Source: an uncultured bacterium
Lineage (GTDB): Bacteria > Babelota > Babeliae > Babelales > Babelaceae
Direction of reading: 5' to 3'
Assembly (NCBI GenBank): GCA_963713855.1
Contig: OY970209.1
Location: forward strand, 416,001-480,000
DNA: 64,000 nt
The notes under the pieces were generated by a model. The model was not told where the DNA came from, did no database searches, and saw only the letters and a list, made by a program, of their open reading frames with translations. The translations under genes and the position numbers were made by a program. Of the stretch, positions 38,783-49,028 are shown one piece after another. Positions within the stretch are counted from its first letter, which is position 1. Every line of letters begins with the position of its first letter.

Positions 38783-41518
38783 TTACTTTGTAACTTGCTG
38801 CCAGTCAGTGCCTGTGCGTGTTGTGACAACCAGTGGCACCTTCCAGCTTACAATGTGTTCAAGAACATCTTTAACAAGTCCCTCTAAGGCGGTAAGCTCG
38901 TCAATCGGCGTTGTTAAAAGTAGTTCGTCATGTATTTGTATAACTAATTTTGCGCCCATATTCTTTTCTTTAATAGCTTGGGCTAGAGAAAGCATGCCTA
39001 ACTTCATGAGCTCTGCCTGGCTTCCTTGAATGACCGTGTTGATAGCAATCCGCTTAGCAAGCTCATACGCATTTCTATTTTTTTCTCGAATGCCGGGAAC
39101 AGGGCGTGATCTGCCCCACAGTGTACGTACAAAACCATTTTGAGTCGCCTCTTCTATGACTTTATCCATCCAAGCTACAACACCGGGGTATTGTGCAAAG
39201 TAGCGCTCGATGTATTTTTCGGCGTTCTTGTAAGAAATTTCAAGGTCCTTTGAAAGGCTATAGGCTGATAATCCGTATAAAATGCTAAAATTAATTCGCT
39301 TTGCAAGCGATCTTTGGTCAGGTTTTACCTGGTCAGACTGTATTTCAAAAAGCCCGGCAGCTGTAAGTGTGTGAATATCCTGCTTTTTAAGAAAGGACTC
39401 CATGAGCTTTGCGTCATTAGACACGTGTGCAAGTACGCGTAGTTCTATCTGGGAGTAATCTGCCGACAGGAAAGCGCGGCCTTCCGGAGCTTTAAATGCT
39501 GAGCGTACTGCTATAGAGCCGGAAACCGTTCCAGTGGGCACGTTTTGTAAGTTTGGCTCGGAGCTTGCGAGTCTTCCCGTTGCTGTCGAGGTTTGGCTAA
39601 ATGAGGTGTGAATGCGGTGAGTGTAGGGATTAATCGTAGCCTTGAGCCCCTCAAGATAAGTGCTTTTTACCTTAAAAAGTTCACGATATTTTAAAATAAG
39701 GGCTGGTACGGGATGCTCTTTAGCAAGCTGCATAAGGACATCAGCATCGGTCGAGTAGCCAGTTTTATTTGTGGTCTTTTTAATGGGCTTTAGACATAAC
39801 ACCGTAAATAAAAGCTCTTCGAGTTGACGCGGCGAATTGAGGTTGAGTTCTTGCCAGCCTGACGGTAAAAGCGTATGGATGTCTTTTTCTATGGCCTCTA
39901 GTGCATGATCGGCATGTGACGTGAGCGATTGAAGCGTCCCTTTGTCTATGGGCATACCTTCACTTTCCATGTTTACAAGCACCTTGATGAGCGGCATTTC
40001 TATGCTTTTAAAGAGGGATTCTTGGTCCTGTTCTTTTAGTTTTTCCTGCAAAATAGGTACGAGTGTTAACGTTTGGTGAGCATCGGCTGCAGCGTACTTA
40101 ACGGCAATATCAACCGGAACGTAAGAAAAATCTTTCAAATGATTTTTAATAACCACGTCCTGGAAACTGAGCATTTTTTGACCAAGGTAGAATTCTGAGA
40201 GAAATTTTAAGTTTGTGCGCTGGCCCTCTTTGCCAACAAGATGGGCGGCAATGAGCGTATCAAAAACGACGCCCTGAAGATCAAACCCGTGGTGCTTTAG
40301 TACAAGCGCATCAAAATTTGCATGATGAAGGTACTTTTTAATCGATGGATTTGCAAGGATTGGCCCGAGTATGCTGTGTACCATTTTCTTGTCTAATTGG
40401 GCAACATCGGTCTTATGCGCAATTGGTATATAATAAGCTGTTCCAACTTGGGCACAAATAGAAATGCCAACTAATTCTGCTTCCATCGGTCTTAAGCTGT
40501 TAGTTTCAGTGTCTAGGGCACAAAATCCTTGATCTTCTATCTCTTTGCAAATCCTTCTAAGATCTTCAACAGTGGTAACGGCACTCAATTGAGCAACGGA
40601 TGATACCGGCACGAGGTTGCTTTCTTCTATCTGCTCGTGCTGGGGAAACTCCTTTAAAAGGGAGGTAAAGTGAAGCCGAGCAAAAAAGTCCCCAGCTTGA
40701 TACCATTGCTTTTTTCCAAAAGCGTACGATTGGAGAGTCGCATCAAGCTTGTAGTAGTGGAGTAGAAAAAGCTGGTAGCTGATAAATGCGGATTCTTTGT
40801 CCGCTTCAAGTAATTGGCGAGTTCGTTCTTTCGGCACTTTTGCCAGGTTGTTATAAAGGTCTTCAAGCGAATCAAAGGCATTTACTAACTCTTGAGCAGT
40901 TTTAGCGCCAACGCCCTTCACACCTGGGATATTGTCGCTTGAGTCTCCAAGAAGAGCAAAATAAAAAACGAGTTTGTCGATAGGTATGCCATATTTAGCT
41001 TCAACCACAGCAACATCTAAAATTGATTCTTGAAATGGGTCATAAATAAAGATTTTATCGCTTAAAGCTTGGCGCATGTCTTTATCCGAGGTGACAAAAA
41101 GAACCGAGTGACCTTCTTTAACAAAGTCCTGACTAAGAGAATAAAGAATATCATCAGCCTCTATGCCCGGTCGTTCTACCTGCTGCAGATTTATAGCAGA
41201 GGCAAACTCCTTAACCAAAGCTCTTTGGTTATTAAGGTCTTGGGGAGAAGCTTGTCGTTGAGCTTTATAGCTGCTGTAAAGCTCATGCCGCACCGTTGGC
41301 TTTTCTGGTCCTGGATCCCATACGATCGCGCAGTATTGTGGATCTAATTCGTTAAAGAGCCTTTTGAGCATTCTGCAAAAGCCGTATACAACGCTTACCG
41401 GTTGCCCCTCAGGTGTATGCATGGGTGGTAAGCTATAATAGGCTCTATATAAAAATGAGGATCCGTCAATAAGTACGATGCTTTGCGGATCAGGTAAAGA
41501 GATCTTTTTTTTGGCCAC
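38783..41518 (-). CDS. polA: DNA polymerase I
   Basis: LIDGSSFLYRAYY, EADD, LGDSSDNIPGVKGVGAKTA, DTET, TGRLASSEPNLQN, DYSQIELR, QIHDEL. Confidence 0.98.
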   Translation of the reverse strand: MAKKKISLPDPQSIVLIDGSSFLYRAYYSLPPMHTPEGQPVSVVYGFCRMLKRLFNELDPQYCAIVWDPGPEKPTVRHELYSSYKAQRQASPQDLNNQRALVKEFASAINLQQVERPGIEADDILYSLSQDFVKEGHSVLFVTSDKDMRQALSDKIFIYDPFQESILDVAVVEAKYGIPIDKLVFYFALLGDSSDNIPGVKGVGAKTAQELVNAFDSLEDLYNNLAKVPKERTRQLLEADKESAFISYQLFLLHYYKLDATLQSYAFGKKQWYQAGDFFARLHFTSLLKEFPQHEQIEESNLVPVSSVAQLSAVTTVEDLRRICKEIEDQGFCALDTETNSLRPMEAELVGISICAQVGTAYYIPIAHKTDVAQLDKKMVHSILGPILANPSIKKYLHHANFDALVLKHHGFDLQGVVFDTLIAAHLVGKEGQRTNLKFLSEFYLGQKMLSFQDVVIKNHLKDFSYVPVDIAVKYAAADAHQTLTLVPILQEKLKEQDQESLFKSIEMPLIKVLVNMESEGMPIDKGTLQSLTSHADHALEAIEKDIHTLLPSGWQELNLNSPRQLEELLFTVLCLKPIKKTTNKTGYSTDADVLMQLAKEHPVPALILKYRELFKVKSTYLEGLKATINPYTHRIHTSFSQTSTATGRLASSEPNLQNVPTGTVSGSIAVRSAFKAPEGRAFLSADYSQIELRVLAHVSNDAKLMESFLKKQDIHTLTAAGLFEIQSDQVKPDQRSLAKRINFSILYGLSAYSLSKDLEISYKNAEKYIERYFAQYPGVVAWMDKVIEEATQNGFVRTLWGRSRPVPGIREKNRNAYELAKRIAINTVIQGSQAELMKLGMLSLAQAIKEKNMGAKLVIQIHDELLLTTPIDELTALEGLVKDVLEHIVSWKVPLVVTTRTGTDWQQVTK

Positions 41519-41531
41519 AGTAATTTACCGA

Positions 41532-41680
41532 AAAATGTTTGAATGTGCTTATAGTATCAGCATAATACGCTGCTTTTAAAAGTAAAGGTACGCTTTTTCT
41601 TTACCCTACCAAGGATGTATGGGCTTTCACGTAAAAATATGAAATGGTGGGAAGGCCTGATCACGTGATAAAACTAATGA
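41532..41680. repeat. ~150-bp direct repeat, copy A (polA upstream region)
   Basis: aaaatgtttgaatgtgctta...tacgctgcttttaaaagtaaag.tacgctttttctttaccc...gaaggcct.atcac.tgataaaac.aatga also present at 44382-44528. Confidence 0.92.
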
Positions 41681-41814
41681 CACTCGATAAGCTCGCCAAT
41701 CAATTTCACTGCTGAAAGCTTCCAACAAGAAGGTATCTGATACTTTTTTCGTTGACTTGAAATTGTGGGGTTGTTATGTTTAAGCGATTTCTTGTTCAAA
41801 ATTAAGGAGAAATA

Positions 41815-44172
41815 ATGAATAAATATTTTACTCGATGTCTTATTTTATGCCTTGCGTTTTTCGGCCTGCTTCATCATAATCTTAGAGCTGCATGCTATGG
41901 AAATGGTGTATCTTACCCACTTCCAAATTTTTGGGGCTCACAGCTAATTCAAAGTCTAGGTGCAGGTGCAGGTGCATTCTCGCCCGACGGTTCATCTTTT
42001 GTTCTCGTGACTTCTGGAAATAGTGGGACCAGTTTAACGACCTATTCCGTATTGCCATGTGGGGCTTTGGCTGGAGGTCGTAGTTATTTAGTGCCTGGTT
42101 CTGCCGGAGATCCGGTACTGTTCTCTCCAAATGGTAAATCGGTTGGAATGGTAACTAATTTGAACAATGCTAATGCCGCCTTCAACCTCTATAATGTTAA
42201 TGCTGATGGGACGCTTGGTCCCTCAACGGTGTATTCGCTGCCTAATGCAGTTTTTATGTCGTTTTTTCAGGATGTTAATAACGACCCATGGTTTATGTGG
42301 ATAAGTACAACCGAGATGGGATACTATAGGGTAGATGCTAATGGAAACTTGTATGTTCCCATTCCCCCGTATGTTTTTTCATTGAATCAAAGTCTTTCTG
42401 GTCAATTCTATCTTTCTCCCAATGGTGGCTATTTAGTAAATGTCACTGCCCCTAACACCGTAACGATCTATCAAATCGGCCCTCAGGTCCCTATTAATAA
42501 TGGAACATCGTATACGATTCCAGGGTTGAGCAGCTTTGTCTTTTCTCCTGACAGTGCTTATCTTTTTGCCATGTTTCTTAATAATGGACAATCTCCTAGT
42601 AATTCTGCTGCTGCTATTTACCCGGTGGAAACGGGTGGTACTTTAGGTTCGCCAACTTATTATCCGCCACCAATGATTAATGGAAAATATGTGGGGTACC
42701 CGTTCTGGGCATCTTTTTCTTCTGACGGAACGAATATTCTTGTTGCAAATTTTGATGGTATCCACACCACTACTTTTTTGTCGTATCCGTTTAGTAATGG
42801 GACGCTTTCTACCAATAATGTTACATCTTTTCCTGGAGCAGCTCCTCTAGCATCTTCGCCAAACAATGCATTTGTTGTCGGTAATGGAATTTCGAATGTT
42901 ATTCTTTATGTGCTTTCTTGTCCGACACCACCACCACAAAACACTTGCTGCTTATCTGGACCAACTTTTTCCTCGTGGCCCAGCCCAATTTCTAGCCAAA
43001 GCTCTCAGAGTCAGCTCAATCAGATTGCTCTTTCTCCAAACAATACGCAGCTAGCTGTATCCCTTGGCGATAACGGTGCTGGTACATTTAACGGTATGAT
43101 TCTATTTGATATAAGTGCAGCTGGAGTTGGAGCAAATACTCAATATCCTATTTCTATTAGTGAAAATGCTCCAGCTAATATTATATTTTCTGCCGATGGA
43201 ACTAAGCTTTTTGCCTCAGGATCGGCGCTACCATCAGCCAATGTTATATCAATATATGATATAAAGAATGGGGCGTTAAGCCTTAGCGGATCTTCCTATC
43301 CTCTTCCTGCAAATTGTATCGTTTGGGGAAACTTAGCAACTTCCCCCGATGGTCAGTATCTTGCGGCAGGAACCAATGGCAAAGGAAACCCTAATGGTTA
43401 CGGTTTTCTAGTTAGCGCTGGAACGACTCTATTAGGCAACTACGGTGGGTACGACGAAGTGAGCGGAGACTATCCAACAGGGGTTTATGTGCAAGTTGTT
43501 GCTGCAGACAGTCAATTGTTTGCAAGCATTCTTTCACTACATTACGGATCTAATCCGACAGGGCACGGCGTTCAATTGCTACAGCCAGTATCCCCAGCTC
43601 TGGGAGTTGACATCATATCAAGTGATTTTGAACTTCCGAATTCCAACACATTCTCATCTGCTATTTCAAAAAACGGATATTTTCTTGCGACGATGAATGA
43701 TGGGGGAATTATCATATATAATCTCGTAAGCGGGGCTTATGGTTCGGATGTTCTCAATGGTACGTATCCGTTACCTACAAATACAGCAGTGACCGGAAAA
43801 ATTGGAGCTTTTTCGCCAGACGGCTCATGCCTTACGGTTATTGAAACAGAACCTTCAAATCAAATAACTGTCTATCCGGTTAACGCGTGTGGCGTGTTAG
43901 GTAATCCAGTTTCATATCCGCTAACCGCCCAGGCTGTTCCAAATTCATTGACTTTTTCGTCAGACGGATCGTTTCTTGTTGGGGCTAATAATAACGGGAT
44001 CAGTCTCTTTAACGTTGCTTCATGCCCAGTGGTAAGTGGTTCCGGCTCGGGTAGTGGTTCAGGCTCATCGGCAACGGGCGAGGCATCGACCCTTCTTAAT
44101 AATAAGCTCACGATTATTATGCTTGTTTTAAAAAGCCTGCAATCTCTTTTGTACGGGCAACAACCTCATTAA
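41815..44172 (+). CDS. Secreted/surface beta-propeller repeat protein (about 14 blades)
   Basis: Signal peptide; ~44-aa repeats with FSPDG/SYPLP motifs, 7 on each side of a CPTPPPQNTCC linker; Gly/Ser linker and hydrophobic C-terminal tail. Confidence 0.85.
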   Translation: MNKYFTRCLILCLAFFGLLHHNLRAACYGNGVSYPLPNFWGSQLIQSLGAGAGAFSPDGSSFVLVTSGNSGTSLTTYSVLPCGALAGGRSYLVPGSAGDPVLFSPNGKSVGMVTNLNNANAAFNLYNVNADGTLGPSTVYSLPNAVFMSFFQDVNNDPWFMWISTTEMGYYRVDANGNLYVPIPPYVFSLNQSLSGQFYLSPNGGYLVNVTAPNTVTIYQIGPQVPINNGTSYTIPGLSSFVFSPDSAYLFAMFLNNGQSPSNSAAAIYPVETGGTLGSPTYYPPPMINGKYVGYPFWASFSSDGTNILVANFDGIHTTTFLSYPFSNGTLSTNNVTSFPGAAPLASSPNNAFVVGNGISNVILYVLSCPTPPPQNTCCLSGPTFSSWPSPISSQSSQSQLNQIALSPNNTQLAVSLGDNGAGTFNGMILFDISAAGVGANTQYPISISENAPANIIFSADGTKLFASGSALPSANVISIYDIKNGALSLSGSSYPLPANCIVWGNLATSPDGQYLAAGTNGKGNPNGYGFLVSAGTTLLGNYGGYDEVSGDYPTGVYVQVVAADSQLFASILSLHYGSNPTGHGVQLLQPVSPALGVDIISSDFELPNSNTFSSAISKNGYFLATMNDGGIIIYNLVSGAYGSDVLNGTYPLPTNTAVTGKIGAFSPDGSCLTVIETEPSNQITVYPVNACGVLGNPVSYPLTAQAVPNSLTFSSDGSFLVGANNNGISLFNVASCPVVSGSGSGSGSGSSATGEASTLLNNKLTIIMLVLKSLQSLLYGQQPH

Positions 44173-44185
44173 TAGTTTTTTCTTA

Positions 44186-44220
44186 CGAGCGCCGGAAAGA
44201 TGTAGTCTTTCCGGCGCTCG
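44186..44220. terminator. Perfect 15-bp hairpin downstream of the propeller gene
   Basis: cgagcgccggaaaga-tgtag-tctttccggcgctcg; no adjacent U-tract on +. Confidence 0.6.
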
Positions 44221-44381
44221 GTCCGCCGCTAGCGAGCGAAAGCTGGAAAACAAATGGTGATCGACGTTGTCTTTAGCTCCGGCTATCCAGCATTTGTTTT
44301 TCATAGTAAGGCTCTTGATCGCCAACTTTTGCCGCAATTTTGAGAAAGACAAGTTAACGTAAAAACATTTGTGTTTTACTG

Positions 44382-44528
44382 AAAATGTTTGAATGTGCTT
44401 ACATTGTCAACATAGTACGCTGCTTTTAAAAGTAAAGATACGCTTTTTCTTTACCCGACCAGGGGCGTATGCTACCTTCTTCAAATACGAAACAAAATGA
44501 AGGCCTCATCACATGATAAAACCAATGA
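44382..44528. repeat. ~150-bp direct repeat, copy B (includes the ankyrin gene start)
   Basis: Aligns with 41532-41680; ends in atgataaaaccaatga, the first codons of the 44513 ORF. Confidence 0.92.
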
Positions 44529-46426
44529 ACATACTTGCGTTATTTTGTTTAATGTCTTTTGTTTGCGGGCACATAAAAGCTATGGAGGCGCGGGACCCCG
44601 CCAAACAGGCAGCTGAAAAAAAAACTAAAAAAAAGAAAGAACTATCACGTGCCAAAAAAGAGAGGCGAAGACGCAGTTGTAGTAAGTCTTTGGCGGAAGA
44701 GGCGCGCAAGGTGCACAAGGAGGCAAGGCCAAAAAAAGCTGCTTCTTTATCGGCCGAATCTGGAAGTTCGTGCTCTATAACTCCGGACATTTCACCACGC
44801 GAGCTTCCACAGCTTTTAAGATACGTGGCCGAAGATAATGTCAACGCTGTAGAACAACATGCAGAAGATTTAAGAAACGACCCACCTGTTGACGACGAGG
44901 GAAATGGCCCCTTTCATTTTGTTAGATCTGTCAGCATGTTTCGCGTTTTACTCAGAATACGCAGCATAGCTCTTGATGCACGAAATAACCAAAATGAAAC
45001 ACCCTTACATCGCGTTGCCTCGAACGGCTTGAGCGCGGTCGTACAAGAATTTCTTCAATTCATAACAGATTTTAATGTCCAAGATGCTAGTGGAAACACA
45101 CCTTTGCATCGCGCTTTTCAGTCAGGACATGGGGATACTGCAAGATTGCTGCTTATTGGTAATTCGAGCGGTGCTAGCAATGTCCATCTAACAAATACGG
45201 CGTCGCAGACGCCTTTAACGCTAGCGCTACTTGGTGGGCATTTTGTTGAAGCTCTTTTAATATTGCACATGCATTACCCAACAAATGCATTTGCAACGGA
45301 GTTAAACGCTCGTGATTCGGCCCACAATCTTCCCCTTTTTCTCGCTCTTCGAAGACCTTTTGCAGCCGACCAAAGTAGGGAAAGCTCACATGAACAGTCT
45401 GAAACGGTAAAGACTGAAGGTGAGGAACCACGTGTGAATGAAACTCCAAGTCCTGACCAATTAAGATTAGAGCTTATAACCGCCCTGCTTGCCGCTGGTG
45501 CCCGTGTTGACCTTGACGATGAGCTCGGTTCAGTTTTGCATCGAGTTCCTACTGCAGAAATTGCAGAAGTACTGCTTACTCACATGGAGAGCGTAGCCAG
45601 GTCTGAAAGCAGGCGTGATAGGGGAGTTGATAGACGTTGCAATGGAAACCTAAATACCCCTCTTCATGATGCTATAAGCCCGGCCATTGTAGAAGTATTG
45701 GTACGTCATAAAGCTAATATAAATGCTCGAAATGGGTGTGGTGATTATTTGCCAATCGAAGCAGCAACCGATGAATCGATAGTACGAAAGCTTATTGAGC
45801 TTGGAGCTGAAGTGCCTTTGAACTTTGTGCGTAAAGGACGGCGAGAAAAGCTTATTGCAGTTCTTAGTAAAGATACCTATAAGGATAAAAACGGTAATAC
45901 GCTGCTCCATATGACACCCAGCCAGGAGATAGCAAAATTGTGTCTTGATGGTGGCTTAAGTCACGATGTTACAAATAGGGAAGGTCAGACTCCCTTGCAT
46001 GTCACACAAAATCTTGAAGTAGCCGAGCTTTTAGTACAAAGTGGTGCTCTTGTTAATGCTCTTGATAACCATGGAAACACCCCCTTGCACATGGTAAATG
46101 ATCCTGAGATTTTTGAACTACTTGTAAGCTCTGGTGCTGATGTGCGAGCAGTCAATTTAGCTGGACTATCCGTATACCAAACGGCAAATAATCCGACAAT
46201 AAGGGGAAGATTGGAGGATTTACTCGGCATTGCGCCTGTGCGTACGCGCGAAGTTGAAGAAAGGCCTATAATTCCGCAGATTGTGAATGCACAACAGGTG
46301 CTTGCATCTTCTAATAACACGGTTGAAACGCGAAGACAAAGGCGAGGCTTAGGAAGTTTGCGCATTCCTGGAATGAGAAGTTTATTGCCGGGAAAGTCGT
46401 CTTCTTTAGGTAATAAAAATAAGTAA
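44513..46426 (+). CDS. Secreted ankyrin-repeat protein with a basic NLS-like segment
   Basis: Repeated (G)xTPLH motifs; signal peptide ending IKA-ME; KKTKKKKELSRAKKERRRR. Confidence 0.92.
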   Translation: MIKPMNILALFCLMSFVCGHIKAMEARDPAKQAAEKKTKKKKELSRAKKERRRRSCSKSLAEEARKVHKEARPKKAASLSAESGSSCSITPDISPRELPQLLRYVAEDNVNAVEQHAEDLRNDPPVDDEGNGPFHFVRSVSMFRVLLRIRSIALDARNNQNETPLHRVASNGLSAVVQEFLQFITDFNVQDASGNTPLHRAFQSGHGDTARLLLIGNSSGASNVHLTNTASQTPLTLALLGGHFVEALLILHMHYPTNAFATELNARDSAHNLPLFLALRRPFAADQSRESSHEQSETVKTEGEEPRVNETPSPDQLRLELITALLAAGARVDLDDELGSVLHRVPTAEIAEVLLTHMESVARSESRRDRGVDRRCNGNLNTPLHDAISPAIVEVLVRHKANINARNGCGDYLPIEAATDESIVRKLIELGAEVPLNFVRKGRREKLIAVLSKDTYKDKNGNTLLHMTPSQEIAKLCLDGGLSHDVTNREGQTPLHVTQNLEVAELLVQSGALVNALDNHGNTPLHMVNDPEIFELLVSSGADVRAVNLAGLSVYQTANNPTIRGRLEDLLGIAPVRTREVEERPIIPQIVNAQQVLASSNNTVETRRQRRGLGSLRIPGMRSLLPGKSSSLGNKNK

Positions 46427-46436
46427 AAGAAAGGCT

Positions 46437-49028
46437 TTATGAAGATGCTTTAAGCCATTCTTGTAGTTTATTAATAAATGTTTGGTCAAGGTAAGAAGCG
46501 CTTGCCCGGAGGCTCGTCTTGCTTCCTCCACCGCTTAAGCCTTGCTTTTTAAGCCATTCTAAAACTTTTTGAAGATCGACCTTGCTTGTAAGTTCTGGTG
46601 ATAAGGCTATCAAAATGGTTGTTTTTTCAGGGGTAGGGGCGGTTAAGACGTACATGCCTTGCTGACTTTTGATAAGCACTTCTGCGATATCACGAAGTTC
46701 TTCCGGCTGAGTTTGCGGTAATGGCAGGTACAAAAACGGTATGCCACCCACGTCACTCATGGTTTTGAGCCATGCCGGCTTACTCAGCTGCCACACGTTC
46801 TTTTTAAGCTCTTTGATTTTTGTTGTGCTTTCTTTAAGCTGTTCCTGTTGCTTTTTAAACGAATGTAATACGTCCACAGTTTTTACTTTAAGTGCTTGGC
46901 TTAAGCTTTTTGCGATGTTAAAGCTTTCTTGAAATAGCGTAATCGCTTTAGGTCCTGTAACAGCTACAACGCGCCTATTTCCAGCTGAAAGCGCCGATAC
47001 TTCTGTTATTTTAAAAGATCCAATATCACCAGTATAGCGTACGTGTGTTCCCCCACAAAGCTCCTTTGAAAATCCTGGGACATCGATGACGCGTACGGAT
47101 TCAGGATTGTATTTTTCACCAAAGATAGCAATTACCCCGTGGCCAATGGCGGACTGATAGTCGGTAGTATAAGTGTTAACTGGTATGTTTTCCATTATCT
47201 TAGCATTTACGCGATCTTCGATTACCGTTATTTGGTCGGGAGTCAAATTTTCGTGATACGTAAAATCAAACCGGAGGTAATCGGGAGTTACAAGTGACCC
47301 TGACTGTCTTACTTGTTTTCCGAGTAATTCGATAAGTGCTGCCTGTAAAAGGTGCGTAGCCGTATGATTTTTCATGGTATCAAGGCGCGAAGAAGCTTCT
47401 ACTAAAAGCGTTACCTCTTGGCCTTTTTTAAGCGTGACAGGAGCTACTATTTTAGCAGCAATACCTTTATCAATCTTCTTAAGCTCTAAAAGCGGCGTCG
47501 CTTTCCCGTCAACCGTGACGGCTCCTTTATCACTTATCTGTCCTCCGCATTCTGCAAAAAATGGTGAGTGTTTTGTCACAATAAAGCACTCTTCCCCCGC
47601 TTTACAGCTTTCAACATATGCGTTATCACGGATGATCGCGCTAATTGATGTCGTTGAAGTAAGGCTTTCATAACCTATAAATTCAGTTACTTGTGATTCT
47701 TCGCCTCCGGCAATTGTTGTGGGTGTGAGCTTTTTACCGGACTGCATTCGCTGCTTTTCCATTTCTGATTCAAAGCCTTCTATATCAACGGTAAGTCCGC
47801 GTTCATGGGCAAGCACTTTGGTAAGTTCTAAAGGAAAGCCAAAGGTATCGTAGAGCTTAAAAGCATCAGCGCCAGAAATACGATCTTTACGCTCTTTTTC
47901 CGCTTCACGTGCGTACTTTTCAAAAACGTCGCGTCCTGTTGTCAGGCTATGTTCAAAGCGTTCTATCTCGCTTTCAATCATTTTTTTTATCATAACGCGA
48001 TTAGTAACAATCTCTGGGTACAAAGCACCCATTGACGAGGCCAAAGGATCAACAAGTGACGCGAATACGTTGATATCCCCAAGCTTTTGTGCAAAGAGAG
48101 CTGCTCGTCGGATAATTTTTCTTAAAACGTATCCTCGGCCTTCATTTGATGGTGTGCCTCCATCCGCGATAGCAAATGCTGATGAACGTATATGATCGGC
48201 TAAAACTCTAAATGCTGCCTTATCTACACTGTCATACTTTTTACCCGTTACAGTTTCTATTTGTGCCATGAGTGGAGCAAATAGATCAGTATCAAAGACC
48301 GACTCTTTATTTTGCATGAGTGCTGTAAGCCGTTCAAGACCCATACCCGTGTCCACGCCTTTTTGAGCAAGTGGTACGTCCGAACCATCTACTTGACGAT
48401 CGTATTGCATAAAAACTAAGTTCCATATTTCAAGAAAGCGGTCGCAGGAGCAACCTGGAGCACAACTTACTAGTTGGCAACCTTCCTGCTGGCCGCGGTC
48501 AACATAGATCTCGCTACAAGGTCCACAAGGGCCTGTGTCACCCATTTGCCAAAAGTTATCTGCCTCACCAAGACGTATTATGCGAGATTCGGGTAACCCG
48601 ATGACATTTTTCCAGAGGTTGTGTGCTTCATCATCTTTGTAATAAACGCTTGCGTACAAACTCTGTGCTGGTATCGAAAGTGTTTGGGTTAAAAACTGCC
48701 AAGCATATTCTATGGCCTCCTTTTTAAAGTAGTCTCCGAAAGAGAAGTTGCCCATCATCTCAAAGAATGTCAGATGCCTTTTAGTAAATCCGACATTTTC
48801 TAAGTCGTTATGTTTACCACCAGCACGGATACATTTTTGGATAGATACAGCTCGCGTGTATGACCTTGTTTCTTTGCCTAAAAAAATATCTTTAAATTGG
48901 TTCATGCCCGCATTGGTAAAAAGAAGTGTTGGGTCTTCCATTGGAATAAGAGATGAGCTAGGCACGCGTGTGTGGCCTTTGCGTATAAAAAAGTCGAAAA
49001 ATTTTTCTCTTATCATATTTGACGTCAT
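46437..49028 (-). CDS. alaS: Alanine--tRNA ligase
   Basis: DPTLLFTNAGMNQFK, GPCGPCSEI, DTGMGLER, HTATHLL, ELCGGTH. Confidence 0.98.
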   Translation of the reverse strand: MTSNMIREKFFDFFIRKGHTRVPSSSLIPMEDPTLLFTNAGMNQFKDIFLGKETRSYTRAVSIQKCIRAGGKHNDLENVGFTKRHLTFFEMMGNFSFGDYFKKEAIEYAWQFLTQTLSIPAQSLYASVYYKDDEAHNLWKNVIGLPESRIIRLGEADNFWQMGDTGPCGPCSEIYVDRGQQEGCQLVSCAPGCSCDRFLEIWNLVFMQYDRQVDGSDVPLAQKGVDTGMGLERLTALMQNKESVFDTDLFAPLMAQIETVTGKKYDSVDKAAFRVLADHIRSSAFAIADGGTPSNEGRGYVLRKIIRRAALFAQKLGDINVFASLVDPLASSMGALYPEIVTNRVMIKKMIESEIERFEHSLTTGRDVFEKYAREAEKERKDRISGADAFKLYDTFGFPLELTKVLAHERGLTVDIEGFESEMEKQRMQSGKKLTPTTIAGGEESQVTEFIGYESLTSTTSISAIIRDNAYVESCKAGEECFIVTKHSPFFAECGGQISDKGAVTVDGKATPLLELKKIDKGIAAKIVAPVTLKKGQEVTLLVEASSRLDTMKNHTATHLLQAALIELLGKQVRQSGSLVTPDYLRFDFTYHENLTPDQITVIEDRVNAKIMENIPVNTYTTDYQSAIGHGVIAIFGEKYNPESVRVIDVPGFSKELCGGTHVRYTGDIGSFKITEVSALSAGNRRVVAVTGPKAITLFQESFNIAKSLSQALKVKTVDVLHSFKKQQEQLKESTTKIKELKKNVWQLSKPAWLKTMSDVGGIPFLYLPLPQTQPEELRDIAEVLIKSQQGMYVLTAPTPEKTTILIALSPELTSKVDLQKVLEWLKKQGLSGGGSKTSLRASASYLDQTFINKLQEWLKASS

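Noticed and set aside
44128..44352. 74-aa minus-strand ORF between the propeller gene and repeat copy B
   Set aside because: No RBS or recognisable motif, and it crosses the hairpin; could be a relic but cannot be supported
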